Assembly (NCBI GenBank): GCA_965249135.1
Contig: OZ252220.1
Location: 1,920,001-1,984,000, forward strand
Length of the DNA: 64,000 nucleotides
Direction: 5' to 3'
Source: Alphaproteobacteria bacterium
GTDB taxonomy: Bacteria; Pseudomonadota; Alphaproteobacteria; GCA-2746255
Shown: one piece after another, positions 8,476 to 18,869 of the stretch
Layout of the letters: each line of letters begins with the position of its first letter
Position numbering within the stretch: position 1 is the stretch's first letter
Position numbers and translations under genes: made by a program
Notes under the pieces: model-generated
Database searches by the model: none
Seen by the model: only the letters and a program-made list of their open reading frames with translations
What the model was told of the DNA's origin: nothing

Positions 8476-8536
8476 AAGGAATTTATTCCTTTATCAAGAG
8501 ACATAGGATAATATTCCTGGTGTGATGGGGGGGCAA
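8476..8536 (-). promoter_or_regulatory. Divergent control region: two AGGA-N6-TCCT operators and a leftward sigma70 promoter
   Basis: AGGAATTTATTCCT 8477-8490 and AGGATAATATTCCT 8505-8518; TTGCCC (8536-8531) - 17 nt - TATTAT (8513-8508). Confidence 0.75.
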
Positions 8537-8554
8537 GTATAAGAAAATCTTCTT

Positions 8555-9187
8555 ATGTTGCGTCATGCCGACATATGGACCGCCATCGATAACTTCGCCA
8601 GAGTTCACGGGCTTTCGCCTTCCGGGCTCGCGCGCCGCGCCGGCCTCGATCCGACGACGTTTAATAAAAGTAAGCGGATCACTCGAGAGGGGAAGCCGCG
8701 GTGGCCCAGCACCGAAAGCATTTCGAAAATTCTGGATGCAACCGATAGCACCTTTGGCGAGTTTGCCATTCATCTTGGGAACGAAGCCGCGCAAGGCTTA
8801 GTACAACGGGTTCCGGTGATTGGCTTCGCCCAGGCGGGCAATGAGGGCTATTTTGACGATGCCGGCTACCCAACTGGAAGTGGTTGGGATGAAACAGTAT
8901 TTCCATATATTGGCGATGCGCATGCTTATGCGCTTGAGGTTAGCGGCGATAGCATGCAACCGATCTATCGTGACGGGGACATCATCCTCGTCTCGCCGGC
9001 AAAAAACATTCGTCGAGGCGATAGGGTCGTCGTAAAAACGAAAGAAGGCGAGGTGCTGGCGAAGGAATTAAAACGTCAAAGCAGCAAGCGCATCGAACTT
9101 CTCTCCCTAAACCGCACCTATGGGGATCGGATCCTGCCCGTCGAGAATGTTGAATGGATGGCGCGCGTCGTTTGGGTCAGTCAGTAA
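8555..9187 (+). CDS. XRE-HTH + S24 peptidase (LexA/CI-like) repressor, RogA-like
   Basis: HADIWTAIDNFARVHGLSPSGLARRAGLDPTTFNKSKR N-terminus; AQAG cleavage-type site; GDSM (Ser) and VLAKEL (Lys) dyad. Confidence 0.85.
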   Translation: MLRHADIWTAIDNFARVHGLSPSGLARRAGLDPTTFNKSKRITREGKPRWPSTESISKILDATDSTFGEFAIHLGNEAAQGLVQRVPVIGFAQAGNEGYFDDAGYPTGSGWDETVFPYIGDAHAYALEVSGDSMQPIYRDGDIILVSPAKNIRRGDRVVVKTKEGEVLAKELKRQSSKRIELLSLNRTYGDRILPVENVEWMARVVWVSQ

Positions 9188-9296
9188 ACGAATCATAGTC
9201 ACGGGAAGGAAAACGGGTCGAAATTCCTATTCATGGGCATAGGTTCATAATCTTATTTTCTTCGATATCGCAGTTGAAATGGCGCGTTGCCAATCC

Positions 9297-10889
9297 CTAG
9301 CCGGCTTTGTCTTCCTGAAAAAGTTCTCCGGCCAGCGCTTGGCGGATGAGCCGAACCGTCTCCATCCGACCGTAAAGGGCGATGAAGGATCCCATCCGCG
9401 GTCCCCGTGACTGGCCAAGGAGGATTTCATAGAGGGCCTGGAACCAGGTCTTCAGATCCGGGAAGGGGTGGCGTTTTCCGACTTCGTAGACTTCCGTCTG
9501 GATTCCTTCCGCGTCCAGGTTGGCGGGAAGCAATTCCAGCACCTTCGCCAAGTCTTCAAGGGCAGCTTGCTCCATTTCATTTGGCGCCCGATAGTGCTTC
9601 GCCGGCTTGATGAAGTCCTGGTAATAGTTCACGGCGTGTTGCGCGAGCGCATCCAGGATAGGTTCCATCTTAGGGCTTGCCTTCGGTGCATATCGGGAGA
9701 GATAACCCCAAATCACGGAACTCTCTTCCGCATGGCAGGCGCTCGCGAGATTCAGCAGAATCGAGTAGGTGAGATGAAGCGCCTCCTTTGGCGGGCTGCC
9801 CTCGTGGATATGCCAGACCGGATTCGCCAAACGTTCGGCGGGTTCTTGCTCTTCATATTTGCTGAGGAAATTTAGATAATCGTCGACATTCCTGGGGATG
9901 ACGTCGAAATAAAGCCGCTTTGCCTTTTTCGGCGATTGATACATGAAAAGCTTAAGGCTTTCCGGCGGTGCGTAGCGAAGCCACGCCTCGACGCTCAGAC
10001 CATTTCCCCTTGACTTCGATATCTTCTCGCCGTTTTCGTCGAGGAAAAGTTCATAGGTAAAGCCCTCGGGAGGTGTGCCGCCAAGAATGCGACAAATCCG
10101 ATTGCCGAGTCGCACGGAATCGGTCAAGTCCTTCCCGGACATTTCATAATCGACGTCGAGGGCTGTCCATCGCATGGCCCAATCGACTCGCCACTGTAAT
10201 TTACAATGGCCCGCCGTAACGGGAAGTTCTGTCTTTGTACCGTCCTCATCTTCAAAGGTGATCGTGCCGGCAGTCACGTCCCATGCAATCACGGGCGTCT
10301 GAAGGACGCGTCCCGTTTTCGGCGAAATGGGCAGAAACGGGCTATAGGTTGCCCGGCGTTCTTCGCCAAGGATCGGCAATACCACCTCTAGAATTTCGTC
10401 ATAGTGCTCAAGCACCTTCCGGAGAACCGGATCGAATCGGCCACTTTTATAGCATTCCGTGGCACTCTGAAATTCGTAGTCGAAACCGAAGGAATCGAGA
10501 AAGGCATGTAGCCGAGCGTTGTTGTGGTGACCAAAGCTTTCATGCGTTTCAAAGGGATCCGGAATCGATGTCAGCGGCTTTCCGAGATGCTCCGCTAGCA
10601 TTGCCTGGTTGGGGACGTTATCGGGCACTTTACGAAGCCCGTCCATGTCATCGGAAAAGGCAAAGAGACGGGTGGGAACGTCCGCCAGTGTCGAAAAGGC
10701 ATGCCGGACAAGCGTCGTGCGGACCACTTCAGCAAAGGTTCCGATGTGGGGAAGGCCCGACGGGCCATAGCCGGTCTCGAAAAGAACATAGCCCTTCTCG
10801 GGACATTTGCCGTCGATGCGCTCGAGTACGCGCCGCGCTTCCTGAAACGGCCAAGCTTTACACGCCGCCGCAGCCTCGCGATCGGACAT
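9297..10889 (-). CDS. lysS: Lysine--tRNA ligase, class I
   Basis: ETGYGPSGLPHIGT (HIGH-like) and KISKSRGN motifs. Confidence 0.95.
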   Translation of the reverse strand: MSDREAAAACKAWPFQEARRVLERIDGKCPEKGYVLFETGYGPSGLPHIGTFAEVVRTTLVRHAFSTLADVPTRLFAFSDDMDGLRKVPDNVPNQAMLAEHLGKPLTSIPDPFETHESFGHHNNARLHAFLDSFGFDYEFQSATECYKSGRFDPVLRKVLEHYDEILEVVLPILGEERRATYSPFLPISPKTGRVLQTPVIAWDVTAGTITFEDEDGTKTELPVTAGHCKLQWRVDWAMRWTALDVDYEMSGKDLTDSVRLGNRICRILGGTPPEGFTYELFLDENGEKISKSRGNGLSVEAWLRYAPPESLKLFMYQSPKKAKRLYFDVIPRNVDDYLNFLSKYEEQEPAERLANPVWHIHEGSPPKEALHLTYSILLNLASACHAEESSVIWGYLSRYAPKASPKMEPILDALAQHAVNYYQDFIKPAKHYRAPNEMEQAALEDLAKVLELLPANLDAEGIQTEVYEVGKRHPFPDLKTWFQALYEILLGQSRGPRMGSFIALYGRMETVRLIRQALAGELFQEDKAG

Positions 10890-11019
10890 GGTTCAATCCA
10901 TTTTCACAGCGCCCAGCTTGTTGGGCTTTTTCGGTCAGCGACGAGGAACCTAGGCGGCAGATGACTTCTCGTCAACCGATGTGGTCTTCGGATGAGAAGT
11001 GACTTCTGACGGAATCAGG

Positions 11020-11059
11020 CGCGGAGGTTTAACGGAAGACGCGGAGGTTTAACGGAAGA
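11020..11059. repeat. 20-bp tandem repeat CGCGGAGGTTTAACGGAAGA x2
   Basis: Perfect adjacent duplication in the lysS-EAL intergenic region. Confidence 0.85.
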
Positions 11060-11775
11060 GAAGTCGTGAAAAGACGAAAATCGGATTCCTCGGCCCCCTG
11101 ATAGGCCGATGCGACGCTACGGTAACAGAGCGGTCCGTTCGCAGCAGTGGAATAGCTTGCTTCCTGCGCGATTTTTTGCGTGATGAAGGGAAGGGAAGTA
11201 TGGGACGAAAAACGCTCCCGATAGACAAAGACCGGAAGCTGACCGGGGGAATGTATATCACCAGATGGATCAATGGTGATGACAACCGGCTCACTCAGCG
11301 GGAATTCCGGCTGATCGTGTTGGGACGATCGGACGGGCGAATTCTCCCGTTCCGGTGGTCGATGTGAAAAGTGTGTCGGAGTGACCGATTGAATCGGCCC
11401 TCTTCCCGTTCCAGACGTTTCCATTTTCCAGCTACTTTGCGTGTGCCGTTAAGTGGTTTTTTACCACATTGTGAATGATCGAATACAAAATCAATCACGA
11501 GCTAGAAAAGTATATTCGATCATAGCAACGCTTAAAATGGTTTTTGTCAATTAACCATACTAAATCGTTTATATGTTAACCAAACTTCGAAACTTAAACA
11601 TGGTTGCTGAACGTTGGTAAACGTGCGGAGCACACATCGAATTAATCGTTTGTAAAGGGAGAGCTTCTTAACCTGTTGGGTCAGTGTGACAGATGTGAGG
11701 TGAGTCAATTCGATAGATGCAATATGGCCTTTAGGTAGTACGAAGGCATAACGAGGGAGCCTTTAGGTAAAAGGC

Positions 11776-13518
11776 ATGAGATTGCAGGATGCAAAAACAG
11801 ATAAGACGGCTCAGAAGCGTGACAAGTTAACGAGACTACACGCAGCTATAGCTATCTTGGGCGAGGTCATCTTCGAATGGGACCTTGCAACGGACGCGAT
11901 CCTTTGGTCGGATCGCGCCCAACTGATTCTTGGCTTGCCAGAGCTGGAATCGATGACGACGCGGAGTGCCTATAACTCATTAATCGACACCGACGATCTA
12001 ATCCGTCTCCAGGAGACCCTTGTCTCCCGCTATACCTCCCATGATCCATTCGAATGTGAATACCGGATCCATTCTACGGATGGAGAACTGCAGTGGATTC
12101 AGGAACGATCCGCGGTCAAATTCAACGAATCCGATGAACCGGTGAAAGTATGCGGTGTCTTGCGCGTCGTCTCCCGGCCGAGATCGGCTTCGGAGTCTGC
12201 TGCTGGTATCGTCAATTATGACGAAGCCACCGGCCAGTACAGCCGTGCCAAACTCGTTGAATCGCTCGGTGAGGCAATCAATCGGTGTCGGCGGGACGAA
12301 AGCTCGGGGGGCTATCTCGCCGTGGGCGTCGATCAATTTATGGAACTCGGTGAGGCGTGGGGCGAAGCAACCGTCGATTCAGTCATCTTCGCCCTTAGCC
12401 AGCGTTTAGAAGGCTGTTTGCGTGCGACGGACGTCATCGGATGTGTCAGTCACGATCGCTTCGGCGTCGTCCTTACCCATTGTCCGGAAGAGGATGTTCC
12501 AATCGTTGCCGAGACTTTGCTTCAGTCCGTCCGTGGCGCGACCATCGAAACGGCGAAAGGACCGGTTCAAGTCACAGTCTCGGTGGGGGGTGCCGTCTTT
12601 CCCGATGTTGCCCAGACGGCCCATGATGCCATCGCCAAGGCGGATATGGCGCTGGGGAAGGCGCGGCGCATGGGCTACAACTGCTACATTCCGTTTCATC
12701 AGGCGAAAATGCGCCGTCGCAGCCAGCGCAAAAACCTCGCTATCCTTCACGAAGTTCAACAGGCCATTCAGGAAGACAACCTCGTTTTCGCATTCCAACC
12801 AATCATCGATTGCGAGACGAATGGAGTCGCCTATTACGAGTGTTTGCTGCGTCTGCTGCGTGATGAGGAGACGGTCGTTGTTGCGGCCGAGTTTGTGCCA
12901 ACGCTTGAACAGCTCGGCTATGCGCGGCTCATCGATCACTACGCACTCGGTTTGGCACTGAAAGAACTAGGGGCACACCCGGATGTGTCTCTTGCGCTCA
13001 ACGTTTCCAGCCTCACAGCTACCGATCCGACCTGGTTGAGTAAGTTCGTCATGGCCCTCAAAAACAGGGCTGGTATTGCAAAGCGTCTTATCGTCGAGAT
13101 TACCGAAACGGCGGCCCTTCAAGACATCGCCGAATCAGCTCGTTTCGTGTCAACCCTGCGGGGTCTTGGTTGTCGCGTGGCGCTCGATGACTTTGGCGCC
13201 GGTTTCACGTCCTTCCATCATCTGAAGTCGCTTCCCGTCGACATTTTGAAAATTGATGGCTCGTTCGTCTCCGGTATGTCAAAAAATAGAGAAAATCAGT
13301 TACTCGTGAAAACCCTGGTCGATCTTGCCAAAGGTTTTCATATGAGTACGGTTGCAGAGTGTGTTGAAACAAAAGAGGACGTTGATATCCTCTATCAACA
13401 AGGTGTTCATCAGATGCAGGGCTATTACTTCGGCCGACCCGAGATTGAGCGGCCGTGGCTAAAAGAATCTAAGGTCGTGCCGATACATCGCGCGATAGGA
13501 GGTAAAAACCGCGCTTGA
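11776..13518 (+). CDS. PAS-GGDEF(degenerate)-EAL c-di-GMP phosphodiesterase
   Basis: PAS/PAC (FEWD...EYRI...W); SHDRF in place of GGDEF; ECLLRL, EITET, DDFGAG, KIDGSF, QGYYF. Confidence 0.9.
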   Translation: MRLQDAKTDKTAQKRDKLTRLHAAIAILGEVIFEWDLATDAILWSDRAQLILGLPELESMTTRSAYNSLIDTDDLIRLQETLVSRYTSHDPFECEYRIHSTDGELQWIQERSAVKFNESDEPVKVCGVLRVVSRPRSASESAAGIVNYDEATGQYSRAKLVESLGEAINRCRRDESSGGYLAVGVDQFMELGEAWGEATVDSVIFALSQRLEGCLRATDVIGCVSHDRFGVVLTHCPEEDVPIVAETLLQSVRGATIETAKGPVQVTVSVGGAVFPDVAQTAHDAIAKADMALGKARRMGYNCYIPFHQAKMRRRSQRKNLAILHEVQQAIQEDNLVFAFQPIIDCETNGVAYYECLLRLLRDEETVVVAAEFVPTLEQLGYARLIDHYALGLALKELGAHPDVSLALNVSSLTATDPTWLSKFVMALKNRAGIAKRLIVEITETAALQDIAESARFVSTLRGLGCRVALDDFGAGFTSFHHLKSLPVDILKIDGSFVSGMSKNRENQLLVKTLVDLAKGFHMSTVAECVETKEDVDILYQQGVHQMQGYYFGRPEIERPWLKESKVVPIHRAIGGKNRA

Positions 13519-13533
13519 GTAACAGGATTGAGG

Positions 13534-14148
13534 TTAGCCCTCAGACTTCTTTGTGATTTCCTCTAGTCGCTTTTGCACGTTCTTCAGTTGCTCCTGAAGT
13601 TCATGAAGCGTCTGTGCGCTGGATTTGGAGGCCGCCGCCGTCTCTTCCTCTCCCGCCGGCATCTGTTCCTTGTGGGTGTCAACTAATGGTGAGAAGAGCC
13701 CCATCATCTGTTCGAAGATGGCAAGGTTTTGTTTGCCCAGCTCCTCGAACGGGCTGAACGGGCGCGATGTACCAAAGGTATCCGATAGATGTTGGCGAAG
13801 CTGCTCTTGATTCTGCGAGAAGGCCTGCATCGAACATTCAAGATAACGGGGTAAAACGTCCTGAAGTCCGCCTTCATAGAAACCGATCAACTGGCGAAGG
13901 AAATTGATCGGAAGCAAATTTTGCCCCTTCGCTTCTTCCTCGACGATGATCTGTGTAAGTACGGATCGGGTCAGGTCTTCGCCGGTCTTCGCATCATAGA
14001 CAACGAAGTCCGTTCCCTCTTTTACCATCCGGCATAAATCTTCCAGCGTCACATAGCTGCTGGTCGCCGTGTTGTAGAGTCGGCGGTTCGCGTATTTTTT
14101 GATTGCGACGGGTGTATCGCCGTCGGAAGCGGCTTTCTTCCTGCTCAT
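13534..14148 (-). CDS. phaR: Polyhydroxyalkanoate synthesis repressor
   Basis: IKKYANRRLYNTATSSYVTL signature. Confidence 0.95.
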   Translation of the reverse strand: MSRKKAASDGDTPVAIKKYANRRLYNTATSSYVTLEDLCRMVKEGTDFVVYDAKTGEDLTRSVLTQIIVEEEAKGQNLLPINFLRQLIGFYEGGLQDVLPRYLECSMQAFSQNQEQLRQHLSDTFGTSRPFSPFEELGKQNLAIFEQMMGLFSPLVDTHKEQMPAGEEETAAASKSSAQTLHELQEQLKNVQKRLEEITKKSEG

Positions 14149-14181
14149 CGAAATTGAATCCTACGCAACTGCGAACAATCT

Positions 14182-14196
14182 TGCTGCGGCACAGCA
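14182..14196. promoter_or_regulatory. Putative PhaR operator
   Basis: TGCTG-N5-CAGCA palindrome in the phaR divergent region; PhaR binds TGC-rich sites. Confidence 0.45.
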
Positions 14197-14292
14197 TAAC
14201 AGAATTCACTTTCCCATGGCATAGGCCTGGAAAGTAGGCTGTGCGCAGGCTTGGCCTTGGCATCCGACGACGCGCTGCACTATGATCCGCCC

Positions 14293-14658
14293 ATGTCGAA
14301 ACCCCCGGATCTTGAGACCCTGGCCAGCCGCTTTCTTGAACTTTGGCAGGATCAGTTGGCGGCCATGGCACTGGACCCAGACAATGCCGAGGCCATGACG
14401 CGGTTCTACCATCTCTTTACGGATGCCGCCCTTTCCGCGGTACTAGGAGCAGGCGATGCGACCGAGCGACGAAAAGACGGAAAAAGCCCCCCCACGCGGC
14501 CGGCATCTCGGTCCGAGGCCGCTGCCGCTTCATCTGGCGGCACCGATGTTCGCTTGGATGAGCTCGCAAGGCGTCTTGCCACCATCGAAAAGCGGCTGGA
14601 CGCACTGGAATCAAAACCTCGTTCCCGACGCCGAAGCCCTTCGAAAAAGTCTCGCTGA
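14293..14658 (+). CDS. Small PHA-cluster protein with C-terminal coiled coil (mini-PhaE-like?)
   Basis: DLETLASRFLELWQDQLAAMA N-terminus; LDELARRLATIEKRLDALE coil and basic tail. Confidence 0.55.
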   Translation: MSKPPDLETLASRFLELWQDQLAAMALDPDNAEAMTRFYHLFTDAALSAVLGAGDATERRKDGKSPPTRPASRSEAAAASSGGTDVRLDELARRLATIEKRLDALESKPRSRRRSPSKKSR

Positions 14659-15727
14659 CATCGACCCACAAGCTTTTCGAAACGCCTTGGATGGTGTTGC
14701 TTCTCGCCAATTTTCGGAAATGCTGGCGGGCATTCTCGCCTATCGCCGACACCCGTATCGGCGGACTCTACCGGAACCACCGGTCGTCTGGCGTTCGGGG
14801 GCGGCGTGCCTTTATGACTACGGGACGGAAGCGACGGCAAAGGCAAACGGCGTTCCAGTTCTTTTTGTTCCCTCGCTGATCAACCGCTCTTACGTGTTGG
14901 ATCTGTCCAAGCGTGCCAGCATGCTCCGCTACTTGGCGGATCACGGAATTTGGCCGTTTCTCATCGATTGGGGAAAGCCCGGGGCAAAGGAGCGAAACTT
15001 CACGCTTACGGATTATATCGCCGGCGTACTCGAAGATGCGTTCAAGGCTACCCAGTCTTTGGCTGGCGAGCGCATCGCCATCGTTGGCTATTGTATGGGG
15101 GGCTTGTTGGCACTTGCCTTGGCACTTCGTCAGCGTAAGGTCGTGCCGGGATTGGCGCTCCTTGCCACGCCGTGGGATTTCCATGCCGGGGAAAATGGGG
15201 AGCGTGAGGGCCAGACTGCCAAGGTGGCTTTCGAATCCGTTGCCCCCTTGGTTGACGCCCTTGGCGAGATGCCGATCGATATTCTGCAAAGCTTCTTCCT
15301 TCTCCTAAATCCTTTCCAGGCAGCTAAGAAATTTCGCATCTTCGCATCGCTCGACCCGCATTCCGCGCGAGCGCAGGATTTCGTGGCGCTCGAGGACTGG
15401 GTGAATGACGGGACGGCCTTGGCGGCGCCCGTGGCTCGCGAATGCCTTCTTGGGTGGTACGGTGACAACACGCCGGTTCGGGGAGAATGGAAGGTCGCGG
15501 GCCGCAAGGTGCGTCCTGAAACGTTTGATGTGCCAAGCCTTGTTCTCGTCCCCAGCCAGGATCACATCGTGCCTCCGGCCTCGGCCCGTGCCCTCGCCGA
15601 GGTGTTGCCACGCGCCGAAAGCCGGGTCGTTGCCACCGGCCATATCGGCATGGCCGTCGGCACCCGGGCAAAGACCGAGCTTTGGCAGCCTCTCGCGGAA
15701 TGGCTTGAGAGCGTTTATGCTGTTTGA
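14456..15727 (+). CDS. Class III PhaC-like PHA synthase (alpha/beta hydrolase)
   Basis: PSLINRSYVLDL, GYCMGG catalytic Cys box, DHIVP, GHIG; upstream of phaA. Start uncertain. Confidence 0.8.
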   Translation: MRPSDEKTEKAPPRGRHLGPRPLPLHLAAPMFAWMSSQGVLPPSKSGWTHWNQNLVPDAEALRKSLADIDPQAFRNALDGVASRQFSEMLAGILAYRRHPYRRTLPEPPVVWRSGAACLYDYGTEATAKANGVPVLFVPSLINRSYVLDLSKRASMLRYLADHGIWPFLIDWGKPGAKERNFTLTDYIAGVLEDAFKATQSLAGERIAIVGYCMGGLLALALALRQRKVVPGLALLATPWDFHAGENGEREGQTAKVAFESVAPLVDALGEMPIDILQSFFLLLNPFQAAKKFRIFASLDPHSARAQDFVALEDWVNDGTALAAPVARECLLGWYGDNTPVRGEWKVAGRKVRPETFDVPSLVLVPSQDHIVPPASARALAEVLPRAESRVVATGHIGMAVGTRAKTELWQPLAEWLESVYAV

Positions 15728-16948
<1,221 letters not shown>

Positions 16949-17132
16949 ATCCCAAACCCATTCTTTCTCTTCTGAACGGTTGCTTCAGATCCGGCTGGTG
17001 GAAAGAGCCGGTTGCTGGCGACCACGCACATGTCGACAATAACGAAATTATATTTCTATTATTCCACGGTATATGTTATGTACATGCCATAAATAGGAAT
17101 TTATTATAATTTTCTTTTAAAAAGAGGCAATA

Positions 17133-17855
17133 ATGGGACGGGCGGCTTTGGTAACGGGTGGCATTAAGGGAATCGGTGCCGTCATCGCGAAGACGCTGGA
17201 TCGGGCAGGCTACAAGGTGGCCGCCAACTATCACCGGGACGATGCGAGGGCGATCCAGTTTCGGGAATCGACCGGCATTCCGGTCTACAAATGGGACGTC
17301 GGCGATTTCACCGCCTGCGAGACGGGCGTGGCCAAGGTGTCCGGCGATCTCGGTGCGATCGATGTCCTCGTCAACAATGCCGGCATCACGCGTGATGCGG
17401 TCCTGCATAAGATGTCCCCGGAAGAATGGGTCACCGTCCTTCAGACGAACCTTACCTCCTGTTTCAACATGTGCCGCTGTACGATCGAAGTGATGCGCGA
17501 GCGGGGATTCGGCCGGATCGTTAACATTGGTTCCATTAACGGCCAGGCGGGTCAATACGGCCAGGTGAACTATGCCGCGGCGAAGTCCGGCATTCATGGC
17601 TTCACGAAGGCGCTTGCCCAGGAATCTGCCGGCAAAGGCGTCACCGTGAATGCCATCGCACCTGGCTACATTGACACGGACATGGTGCGCGCCGTTCCCG
17701 CAAACGTTTTGGAGAAAATCGTCGCCCGGATCCCGGTAAAGCGGCTTGGCCAGGCAGAAGAGATCGCCCGTGGCGTTCTTTTCCTCGCCGCCGAAGATGC
17801 GGGCTTCATCACTGGCTCGACGATGTTGATCAATGGCGGCCAACATATGTATTGA
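17133..17855 (+). CDS. phaB: Acetoacetyl-CoA reductase
   Basis: SDR TGGIKGIG, NNAGITRD, GQYGQVNYAAAK, NGGQHMY. Confidence 0.93.
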   Translation: MGRAALVTGGIKGIGAVIAKTLDRAGYKVAANYHRDDARAIQFRESTGIPVYKWDVGDFTACETGVAKVSGDLGAIDVLVNNAGITRDAVLHKMSPEEWVTVLQTNLTSCFNMCRCTIEVMRERGFGRIVNIGSINGQAGQYGQVNYAAAKSGIHGFTKALAQESAGKGVTVNAIAPGYIDTDMVRAVPANVLEKIVARIPVKRLGQAEEIARGVLFLAAEDAGFITGSTMLINGGQHMY

Positions 17856-17973
17856 TGATTATTCGAAGGGCGGGCATTCGCTCGCCGTCATCCGTAACAA
17901 GGACGGACACTTTCCTCAGACGGTCCGTACCTTGCGAGCGAACGGGGACCAGGGACTGAAATAAAGTCTCATC

Positions 17974-18744
17974 TCAAAAGGCGTCCTTTCGGCGGCGAAT
18001 TTCGGCAAAGATATTGGCAGGGAGTGCGCCTTCCATGCCAACGGCACGCGCAATCGCTTCCGCGTCGGCGCGAAGGAATGGATTCGCACGACGCTCCGTT
18101 TCCAAACTCGAAGGAACGGTCGATTGCCCTTTGGCGCGCTTCTTCTCGACTTCCTGTGCGCGGGCCAGCAGATCCGGATTGTCTGGATCAATGCTCAGTG
18201 CGAAGCGGGCATTTGCCTGGGTGTATTCATGGCCACAGAAAACGAGCGTTTCATCCGGAAGGGCACGAAGGCGCTTTAGCGACTCCCACATTTCCTCCGG
18301 CTTGCCTTCGAACAGACGCCCGCAGCCTAAAGAAAACAAGGTATCCCCGCAAAAAAGCGCGTGGCTTTCCCGGAACCAGTAGGCGATGTGGCCATGGGTA
18401 TGACCATCCACCGTGATGACTTCCCCTTCGGCGTTTCCGATTCGGACCGTATCGCCATCGAACACGCCAAGATCGATTCCGGGAATTCGATCCGAGTCAT
18501 GCCGAGGCCCGATTATTTTGCAGCCGGTGGTGCGTTTAAGTTCGAGATTCCCGCCCGTGTGATCGTAGTGATGGTGTGTATTTAGGATGTAATCGAGGCT
18601 CCAATTTCGCTTTGCTAGAGCCCGAAGGATTGGTTCCGAGACGGCGGGATCGACCACCGCCGTTACCTTCGCTACCGGTTCATGAAGCAAATAACCGTAA
18701 TTATCCTGCAACAACGGGATCTGATGAATGGTCAGCCGACTCAT
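17974..18744 (-). CDS. gloB: Hydroxyacylglutathione hydrolase (glyoxalase II)
   Basis: DNYGY, THHHYDHTGG, GCGRLFEG, GHEYT. Confidence 0.93.
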   Translation of the reverse strand: MSRLTIHQIPLLQDNYGYLLHEPVAKVTAVVDPAVSEPILRALAKRNWSLDYILNTHHHYDHTGGNLELKRTTGCKIIGPRHDSDRIPGIDLGVFDGDTVRIGNAEGEVITVDGHTHGHIAYWFRESHALFCGDTLFSLGCGRLFEGKPEEMWESLKRLRALPDETLVFCGHEYTQANARFALSIDPDNPDLLARAQEVEKKRAKGQSTVPSSLETERRANPFLRADAEAIARAVGMEGALPANIFAEIRRRKDAF

Positions 18745-18869
18745 CGGGACTCTCTCTTACGAAATGCTCCGCAACTTAACATCATCCTTTTCATGTGAAC
18801 ATGTCACCAAAAGTCTTCCGTACCTAATTCCAGAAACTTGCTGCGCCTTTGTGGTAAATTTGTGGGACC

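Noticed and set aside
9240-9256. AGGTTCATAATCTT downstream of the repressor as a fourth operator
   Set aside because: Mismatch in both half-sites and located between convergent genes with no promoter to control.
11020-11059. Tandem repeats (also 7456-7489) as CRISPR remnants
   Set aside because: No spacers, only two adjacent copies, and no cas genes.
17095-17110. AGGAATTTATT in the phaA-phaB spacer, matching 11 bp of the repressor operator
   Set aside because: The right half is TATA rather than TCCT; likely chance in an AT-rich spacer.
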